From the human T2T-CHM13v2.0 reference genome, Homo sapiens, in assembly GCF_009914755.1 (NCBI RefSeq), contig NC_060944.1: a stretch of DNA of 64,000 nt. One strand, 5' to 3'. Made by a program: the position numbers and the translations under genes. How positions within the stretch are numbered: position 1 is the stretch's first letter; every line of letters starts with the position of its first letter. This document shows positions 55,201 to 64,000 of the stretch, in pieces. The notes below the pieces were generated by a model, which worked only from the letters and a program-made list of their open reading frames with translations, was not told the DNA's origin and searched no databases.

Positions 55201-58200
55201 GAGCAATTTTGTTGTAGTTTGAGGGTCTGGAAGCTGGCGACCCCGGGAGAGGTCTTGTACTAGTCTGAGGGTCGTGGAGCTGCAGACCCAGGGAGGGGCA
55301 ATGTTGTTGTAATTCGAGGGTCTGGCAGCTGGCAACTCGGGGAGGAGAAGTGTTGTTGGAGTTTGAGGGTCATGGAGCTGCCAACCCAGGGAGGAGCAAT
55401 TTTGTTGTAGTTCAAGGGTCCGGAAGCTGGTGACCCAGGGAGGAGAGGTCTTGATCTGGTCTGAGGGTCGTGGAGCTACAGACCCAGGGAGGAGCAATGT
55501 TGTTGTAGTTCGAGGGTCCGGTAGCTGGCAACCCGGGAAAGAGAAGTCTTGTTCGAGTTTGAGGGTCGTGGAGCTGCAGACCCAGGGAGGAGCAATTTTG
55601 TTGTAGTTCGAGGGTCAGGAAGCTGGCGACCCAGGGAGGAGAGGTCTTGTTCTGGTCTGAGGGTCATGGAGCTGCTGTCCCAGGGAGGAGCAATTTTGTT
55701 GTTATTCGAGGGTCAGGAAGCTGGCGACCCAGGGAGGAGAGGTCTTGTTCTAGTTTGATGTTGGTGGAGCTGCAGACCCAGGCAGGAGGAACGTTGCTGT
55801 AGTTCGAGGGTCAGAAAGCTGGCGATGCAGGGAGAGGTCTTGTTGGAGTTTGAGGGTCGTGGAGCTGCCGACCCAGGGAGGAGCAATTTTGTTGTAGTTC
55901 GAGGGTCAGGAAGCTGGCGACCCAGGGAGGAGAGGTCTTGTTCTAGATTGATTTTTGTGGAGCTGAAGACCCAGGCAGGAGCAAGGTTGTTGCAATTCGA
56001 GGATCCGGAAGCTGGAGACTTAGGGAGGAGAGGTCTTGTTCTAGATTGATTTTTGTGGAGCTGAAGACCCAGGCAGGAGCAACGTTGTTGCAATTCGAGG
56101 ATCCGGAAGCTGGAGACTTAGGGAGGAGACGTCTTGTTCTAGTTTCAGGGTCGTGGAGCTGCAGACTGAGGCAGGAGCATTGTTGTTATAGTTCGAGGGT
56201 CAGAAAGCTGGCGACCCAGGGAGGAGAGGTCTTGTTCTGGTCTGAGGGTCGTGGAGCTGCAGACCCAGGGAGGAGCAATTTTGTTGTAGTTCGAGGGTCA
56301 GGAAGCTGGCGACCCAGGGAGGAGAGGTCTTCTTCTGGTGTGAGGGTCGTGGAGCTGCAGACGCAGGGAGGAGCAATTTTGTTGTAGTTCAAGGGTCAGG
56401 AAGCTGGCGACCCAGGGAGGAGAGGTCTTGTTCTGGTCTGAGGGTCGTGGAGCTGCTGACCCAGGGAGGAGCAATTTTGTTGTAGTTCGAGGGTCAGGAA
56501 GCTGGCGACCCAGGGAGGAGAGGTCTTGTTCTAGTTTGATGTTCGTGGAGCTGCAGACCCAGGCAGGAGCAACGTTGTTGCAATTCGAGGATCCGGAAGC
56601 TGGAGACTTAGGGAGGAGACGTCTTGTTCTAGTTTCAGGGTCGTGGAGCTGCAGACTGAGGCAGGAGCATTGTTGTTATAGTTGGAGGTTCAGAAAGCTG
56701 GCGACCCAGGGAGGAGAGGTCTTGTTGTGGTCTGAGGGTCGTGGAGCTGCTGATCCAGGGAGGAGCAATTTTGTTGTAGTTCGAGGGTCAGGAAGCTGGC
56801 GACCCAGGGAGGAGAGGTCTTGTTCTAGATTGATTTTTGTGGAGCTGAGGACCCAGGCAGGAGCAAGGTTGTTGCAATTTGAGGATCCGGAAGCTGGAGA
56901 CTTAGGGAGGAGACGTCTTGTTCTAGTTTCAGGGTCGTGGAGCTGCAGACTGAGGCAGGAGCATTATTGTTATAGTTGGAGGGTCAGAAAGCTGGCGACC
57001 CAGGGAGGAGAGGTCTTGTTGTGGTCTGAGGGTCGTGGAGCTGCTGACCCAGGGAGGAGCAATTTTGTTGTAGTTCGAGGGTCTGGAAGCTGGCGACCCA
57101 GGGAGGAGAGGTCTTGTTCTAGATTGATTTTTGTGGAGCTGAAGACCCAGGCAGGAGCAACGTTGTTGCAATTCGAGGATCTGGAAGCTGGAGACTTAGG
57201 GAGGAGACGTGTTTTTCTAGTTTCAGGGTCATGGAGCTGCAGACTGAGGCAGGAGCATTGTTGTTATAGTTCGAGGTTCAGAAAGCTGGCGACCCAGGGA
57301 GGAGAGGTCTTGTTGTGGTCTGAGGGTCGTGGAGCTGCTGACGCAGGGAGGAGCAATTTTGTTGTAGTTCGAGGGTCAGGAAGCTGGCGACCCAGGGAGG
57401 AGAGGTCTTCTTCTGGTGTGAGGGTCGTGGAGCTGCAGACCCAGGGAGGAGCAATTTTGTTGTAGTTTGAGGGTCTGGAAGCTGGCGACCCCGGGAGAGG
57501 TCTTGTACTAGTCTGAGGGTCGTGGAGCTGCAGACCCAGGGAGGGGCAATGTTGTTGTAATTCGAGGGTCTGGCAGCTGGCAACTCGGGGAGGAGAAGTG
57601 TTGTTGGAGTTTGAGGGTCATGGAGCTGCCAACCCAGGGAGGAGCAATTTTGTTGTAGTTCAAGGGTCCGGAAGCTGGTGACCCAGGGAGGAGAGGTCTT
57701 GATCTGGTCTGAGGGTCGTGGAGCTACAGACCCAGGGAGGAGCAATGTTGTTGTAGTTCGAGGGTCCGGTAGCTGGCAACCCGGGGAAGAGAAGTCTTGT
57801 TCGAGTTTGAGGGTCGTGGAGCTGCAGACCCAGGGAGGAGCAATTTTGTTGTAGTTCGAGGGTCAGGAAGCTGGCGACCCAGGGAGGAGAGGTCTTGTTC
57901 TGGTCTGAGGGTCATGGAGCTGCTGTCCCAGGGAGGAGCAATTTTGTTGTTATTCGAGGGTCAGGAAGCTGGCGACGCAGGGAGGAGAGGTCTTGTTCTA
58001 GTTTGATGTTGGTGGAGCTGCAGACCCAGGCAGGAGGAACGTTGCTGTAGTTCGAGGGTCAGAAAGCTGGCGATGCAGGGAGAGGTCTTGTTGGAGTTTG
58101 AGGGTCGTGGAGCTGCCGACCCAGGGAGGAGCAATTTTGTTGTAGTTCGAGGGTCAGGAAGCTGGCGACCCAGGGAGGAGAGGTCTTGTTCTAGATTGAT

Positions 58201-61200
58201 TTTTGTGGAGCTGAAGACCCAGGCAGGAGCAAGGTTGTTGCAATTCGAGGATCTGGAAGCTGGAGACTTAGGGAGGAGAGGTCTTGTTCTAGATTGATTT
58301 TTGTGGAGCTGAAGACCCAGGCAGGAGCAACGTTGTTGCAATTCGAGGATCCGGAAGCTGGAGACTTAGGGAGGAGACGTCTTGTTCTAGTTTCAGGGTC
58401 GTGGAGCTGCAGACTGAGGCAGGAGCATTGTTGTTATAGTTCGAGGGTCAGAAAGCTGGCGACCCAGGGAGGAGAGGTCTTGTTCTGGTCTGAGGGTCGT
58501 GGAGCTGCAGACCCAGGGAGGAGCAATTTTGTTGTAGTTCGAGGGTCAGGAAGCTGGCGACCCAGGGAGGAGAGGTCTTCTTCTGGTGTGTGGGTCGTGG
58601 AGCTGCAGACGCAGGGAGGAGCAATTTTGTTGCAGTTCGACGGTCAGGAAGCTGGCGACCCAGGGAGAGGTCTTGTACTAGTCTGAGGGTCGTGGAGCTG
58701 CAGACCCAGGGAGGGGCAATGTTGTTGTAATTCGAGGGTCTGGCAGCTGGCAACTCGGGCAGGAGAAGTCTTGTTGGAGTTTGAGGGTCGTGGAGCTGCC
58801 AACCCAGGGAGGAGCAATTTTGTTGTAGTTCAAGGGTCCGGAAGCTGGCGACCCAGGGAGGAGAGGTCTTGTTCTATTGTGAGGGTCGTGGAGCTGCCGA
58901 CCCAGGGAGGAGCAATTTTGTTGTAATTTGAGGGTCCGGAAGCTGGCGACCCAGGGTGGAGAGGTCTTGATCCGGTCTGAGGGTCGTGGAGCTACAGACC
59001 CAGGGTGGAGCAATGTTGTTGTAGTTCGAGGGTCTGGTAGCTGGCAACTTGGGGAAGACAAGTCTTGTTCGAGTTCGAGGGTCGTGGAGCTGCAGACCCA
59101 GGGAGGAGCCATTTTGTTGTAGTTCAAGGGTCCGGAAACTGGCGACCCAGGGAGGAGAGGTCTTGTTCTAGTTTCAGGGTCGTGGAGCTTCTGACCCAGG
59201 GAGGAGCATTGTTGTTTTAGTTCGAGGGTCAGGAAGCTGGCGACCCAGGGAGGAGAGGTCTTGTTCTAGATTGATTTTTGTGGAGCTGAGGACCCAGGCA
59301 GGAGCAAGGTTGTTGCAATTTGAGGATCCGGAAGCTGGAGACTTAGGGAGGAGACGTCTTGTTCTAGTTTCAGGGTCGTGGAGCTGCAGACTGAGGCAGG
59401 AGCATTATTGTTATAGTTGGAGGGTCAGAAAGCTGGCGACCCAGGGAGGAGAGGTCTTGTTGTGGTCTGAGGGTCGTGGAGCTGCTGACCCAGGGAGGAG
59501 CAATTTTGTTGTAGTTCGAGGGTCTGGAAGCTGGCGACTCAGGGAGGAGAGGTCTTGTTCTAGATTGATTTTTGTGGAGCTGAAGACCCAGGCAGGAGCA
59601 ACGTTGTTGCAATTCGAGGATCTGGAAGCTGGAGACTTAGGGAGGAGACGTGTTGTTCTAGTTTCAGGGTCATGGAGCTGCAGACTGAGGCAGGAGCATT
59701 GTTGTTATAGTTCGAGGGTCAGAAAGCTGGCGACCCAGGGAGGAGAGGTCTTGTTGTGGTCTGAGGGTCGTGGAGCTGCTGACGCAGGGAGGAGCAATTT
59801 TGTTGTAGTTCGAGGGTCAGGAAGCTGGCGACCCAGGGAGGAGAGGTCTTCTTCTGGTGTGAGGGTCGTGGAGCTGCAGACCCAGGGAGGAGCAATTTTG
59901 TTGTAGTTTGAGGGTCTGGAAGCTGGCGACCCCGGGAGAGGTCTTGTACTAGTCTGAGGGTCGTGGAGCTGCAGACCCAGGGAGGGGCAATGTTGTTGTA
60001 ATTCGAGGGTCTGGCAGCTGGCAACTCGGGGAGGAGAAGTGTTGTTGGAGTTTGAGGGTCATGGAGCTGCCAACCCAGGGAGGAGCAATTTTGTTGTAGT
60101 TCAAGGGTCCGGAAGCTGGTGACCCAGGGAGGAGAGGTCTTGATCTGGTCTGAGGGTCGTGGAGCTACAGACCCAGGGAGGAGCAATGTTGTTGTAGTTC
60201 GAGGGTCCGGTAGCTGGCAACCCGGGAAAGAGAAGTCTTGTTCGAGTTTGAGGGTCGTGGAGCTGCAGACCCAGGGAGGAGCAATTTTGTTGTAGTTCGA
60301 GGGTCAGGAAGCTGGCGACCCAGGGAGGAGAGGTCTTGTTCTGGTCTGAGGGTCATGGAGCTGCTGTCCCAGGGAGGAGCAATTTTGTTGTTATTCGAGG
60401 GTCAGGAAGCTGGCGACCCAGGGAGGAGAGGTCTTGTTCTAGTTTGATGTTGGTGGAGCTGCAGACCCAGGCAGGAGGAACGTTGCTGTAGTTCGAGGGT
60501 CAGAAAGCTGGCGATGCAGGGAGAGGTCTTGTTGGAGTTTGAGGGTCGTGGAGCTGCCGACCCAGGGAGGAGCAATTTTGTTGTAGTTCGAGGGTCAGGA
60601 AGCTGGCGACCCAGGGAGGAGAGGTCTTGTTCTAGATTGATTTTTGTGGAGCTGAAGACCCAGGCAGGAGCAAGGTTGTTGCAATTCGAGGATCCGGAAG
60701 CTGGAGACTTAGGGAGGAGAGGTCTTGTTCTAGATTGATTTTTGTGGAGCTGAAGACCCAGGCAGGAGCAACGTTGTTGCAATTCGAGGATCCGGAAGCT
60801 GGAGACTTAGGGAGGAGACGTCTTGTTCTAGTTTCAGGGTCGTGGAGCTGCAGACTGAGGCAGGAGCATTGTTGTTATAGTTCGAGGGTCAGAAAGCTGG
60901 CGACCCAGGGAGGAGAGGTCTTGTTCTGGTCTGAGGGTCGTGGAGCTGCAGACCCAGGGAGGAGCAATTTTGTTGTAGTTCGAGGGTCAGGAAGCTGGCG
61001 ACCCAGGGAGGAGAGGTCTTCTTCTGGTGTGAGGGTCGTGGAGCTGCAGACGCAGGGAGGAGCAATTTTGTTGTAGTTCAAGGGTCAGGAAGCTGGCGAC
61101 CCAGGGAGGAGAGGTCTTGTTCTGGTCTGAGGGTCGTGGAGCTGCTGACCCAGGGAGGAGCAATTTTGTTGTAGTTCGAGGGTCAGGAAGCTGGCGACCC

Positions 61201-64000
61201 AGGGAGGAGAGGTCTTGTTCTAGTTTGATGTTCGTGGAGCTGCAGACCCAGGCAGGAGCAACGTTGTTGCAATTCGAGGATCCGGAAGCTGGAGACTTAG
61301 GGAGGAGACGTCTTGTTCTAGTTTCAGGGTCGTGGAGCTGCAGACTGAGGCAGGAGCATTGTTGTTATAGTTGGAGGTTCAGAAAGCTGGCGACCCAGGG
61401 AGGAGAGGTCTTGTTGTGGTCTGAGGGTCGTGGAGCTGCTGATCCAGGGAGGAGCAATTTTGTTGTAGTTCGAGGGTCAGGAAGCTGGCGACCCAGGGAG
61501 GAGAGGTCTTGTTCTAGATTGATTTTTGTGGAGCTGAGGACCCAGGCAGGAGCAAGGTTGTTGCAATTTGAGGATCCGGAAGCTGGAGACTTAGGGAGGA
61601 GACGTCTTGTTCTAGTTTCAGGGTCGTGGAGCTGCAGACTGAGGCAGGAGCATTATTGTTATAGTTGGAGGGTCAGAAAGCTGGCGACCCAGGGAGGAGA
61701 GGTCTTGTTGTGGTCTGAGGGTCGTGGAGCTGCTGACCCAGGGAGGAGCAATTTTGTTGTAGTTCGAGGGTCTGGAAGCTGGCGACCCAGGGAGGAGAGG
61801 TCTTGTTCTAGATTGATTTTTGTGGAGCTGAAGACCCAGGCAGGAGCAACGTTGTTGCAATTCGAGGATCTGGAAGCTGGAGACTTAGGGAGGAGACGTG
61901 TTTTTCTAGTTTCAGGGTCATGGAGCTGCAGACTGAGGCAGGAGCATTGTTGTTATAGTTCGAGGTTCAGAAAGCTGGCGACCCAGGGAGGAGAGGTCTT
62001 GTTGTGGTCTGAGGGTCGTGGAGCTGCTGACGCAGGGAGGAGCAATTTTGTTGTAGTTCGAGGGTCAGGAAGCTGGCGACCCAGGGAGGAGAGGTCTTCT
62101 TCTGGTGTGAGGGTCGTGGAGCTGCAGACCCAGGGAGGAGCAATTTTGTTGTAGTTTGAGGGTCTGGAAGCTGGCGACCCCGGGAGAGGTCTTGTACTAG
62201 TCTGAGGGTCGTGGAGCTGCAGACCCAGGGAGGGGCAATGTTGTTGTAATTCGAGGGTCTGGCAGCTGGCAACTCGGGGAGGAGAAGTGTTGTTGGAGTT
62301 TGAGGGTCATGGAGCTGCCAACCCAGGGAGGAGCAATTTTGTTGTAGTTCAAGGGTCCGGAAGCTGGTGACCCAGGGAGGAGAGGTCTTGATCTGGTCTG
62401 AGGGTCGTGGAGCTACAGACCCAGGGAGGAGCAATGTTGTTGTAGTTCGAGGGTCCGGTAGCTGGCAACCCGGGGAAGAGAAGTCTTGTTCGAGTTTGAG
62501 GGTCGTGGAGCTGCAGACCCAGGGAGGAGCAATTTTGTTGTAGTTCGAGGGTCAGGAAGCTGGCGACCCAGGGAGGAGAGGTCTTGTTCTGGTCTGAGGG
62601 TCATGGAGCTGCTGTCCCAGGGAGGAGCAATTTTGTTGTTATTCGAGGGTCAGGAAGCTGGCGACGCAGGGAGGAGAGGTCTTGTTCTAGTTTGATGTTG
62701 GTGGAGCTGCAGACCCAGGCAGGAGGAACGTTGCTGTAGTTCGAGGGTCAGAAAGCTGGCGATGCAGGGAGAGGTCTTGTTGGAGTTTGAGGGTCGTGGA
62801 GCTGCCGACCCAGGGAGGAGCAATTTTGTTGTAGTTCGAGGGTCAGGAAGCTGGCGACCCAGGGAGGAGAGGTCTTGTTCTAGATTGATTTTTGTGGAGC
62901 TGAAGACCCAGGCAGGAGCAAGGTTGTTGCAATTCGAGGATCTGGAAGCTGGAGACTTAGGGAGGAGAGGTCTTGTTCTAGATTGATTTTTGTGGAGCTG
63001 AAGACCCAGGCAGGAGCAACGTTGTTGCAATTCGAGGATCCGGAAGCTGGAGACTTAGGGAGGAGACGTCTTGTTCTAGTTTCAGGGTCGTGGAGCTGCA
63101 GACTGAGGCAGGAGCATTGTTGTTATAGTTCGAGGGTCAGAAAGCTGGCGACCCAGGGAGGAGAGGTCTTGTTCTGGTCTGAGGGTCGTGGAGCTGCAGA
63201 CCCAGGGAGGAGCAATTTTGTTGTAGTTCGAGGGTCAGGAAGCTGGCGACCCAGGGAGGAGAGGTCTTCTTCTGGTGTGTGGGTCGTGGAGCTGCAGACG
63301 CAGGGAGGAGCAATTTTGTTGCAGTTCGACGGTCAGGAAGCTGGCGACCCAGGGAGAGGTCTTGTACTAGTCTGAGGGTCGTGGAGCTGCAGACCCAGGG
63401 AGGGGCAATGTTGTTGTAATTCGAGGGTCTGGCAGCTGGCAACTCGGGCAGGAGAAGTCTTGTTGGAGTTTGAGGGTCGTGGAGCTGCCAACCCAGGGAG
63501 GAGCAATTTTGTTGTAGTTCAAGGGTCCGGAAGCTGGCGACCCAGGGAGGAGAGGTCTTGTTCTATTGTGAGGGTCGTGGAGCTGCCGACCCAGGGAGGA
63601 GCAATTTTGTTGTAATTTGAGGGTCCGGAAGCTGGCGACCCAGGGAGGAGAGGTCTTGATCCGGTCTGAGGGTCGTGGAGCTACAGACCCAGGGTGGAGC
63701 AATGTTGTTGTAGTTCGAGGGTCTGGTAGCTGGCAACTTGGGGAAGACAAGTCTTGTTCGAGTTCGAGGGTCGTGGAGCTGCAGACCCAGGGAGGAGCCA
63801 TTTTGTTGTAGTTCAAGGGTCCGGAAACTGGCGACCCAGGGAGGAGAGGTCTTGTTCTAGTTTCAGGGTCGTGGAGCTTCTGACCCAGGGAGGAACATTG
63901 TTGTTTTAGTTCGAGGGTCAGGAAGCTGGCGACCCAGGGAGGAGAGGTCTTGTTCTGGTTTGAGGGTCGTGGAGCCGCAGACCCAGGGAGGAGCAATGTT
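43265..64000. repeat. SATR1/SATR2-like interstitial satellite array (49-bp monomer, 98-bp dimer), open at the window end
   Basis: Alternating monomers A gagggtcgtggagctgcagacccagggaggagcaattttgttgtagttc and B gagggtcaggaagctggcgacccagggaggagaggtcttgttctagttt; the family name is from recall. Confidence 0.95.
45204..63959. repeat. Four tandem copies of a 4689-bp higher-order repeat
   Basis: Near-identical ORF-track entries recur every 4689 bp (47050/51739/56428/61117; 45652/50341/55030/59719). Confidence 0.97.

Noticed and set aside
44508-63996. Long ORFs (up to 345 aa) in the satellite as a repeat-protein gene
   Set aside because: The 49/98-bp period is not a multiple of 3, so the peptide cycles through frames; stops recur, many starts are non-ATG, and there is no gene structure
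43265-64000. CRISPR-like repeat/spacer array
   Set aside because: No unique spacers and no cas genes; it is a pure tandem satellite in primate DNA
43645-64000. Canonical G-quadruplex array
   Set aside because: Only about two GGG runs per 49 bp with loops of ~20 nt or more

Overview
Primate, almost certainly human, non-coding DNA with no intact protein-coding gene. Positions 1-43,260 are repeat-rich (Alu, L1, L2, MIR, MLT1 LTRs, hAT/mariner MITEs) and contain a full-length processed spermidine synthase pseudogene (~8540-9790, inserted in an old L1). From memory this fits SRMP1 at 20q13, which I have not verified. From ~43,265 to the window end lies a G-rich SATR1/SATR2-like satellite with a nested hierarchy: 49-bp monomer, 98-bp A/B dimer, 294-bp unit, 1170/1271/2248-bp blocks, and a 4689-bp (96-monomer) higher-order repeat present as four near-identical copies, with a diverged 52-56-bp-unit edge. 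Other notable items are a 340-bp orphan poly(A) retro-insertion with perfect 16-bp TSDs, a 109-bp-arm inverted repeat, a MADE1 element carrying a satellite-like insert, a tail-inverted L1, a chimeric Alu and a MIR-derived minisatellite. Repeat subfamily names come from recognition by eye, and boundaries are approximate unless TSDs are given.
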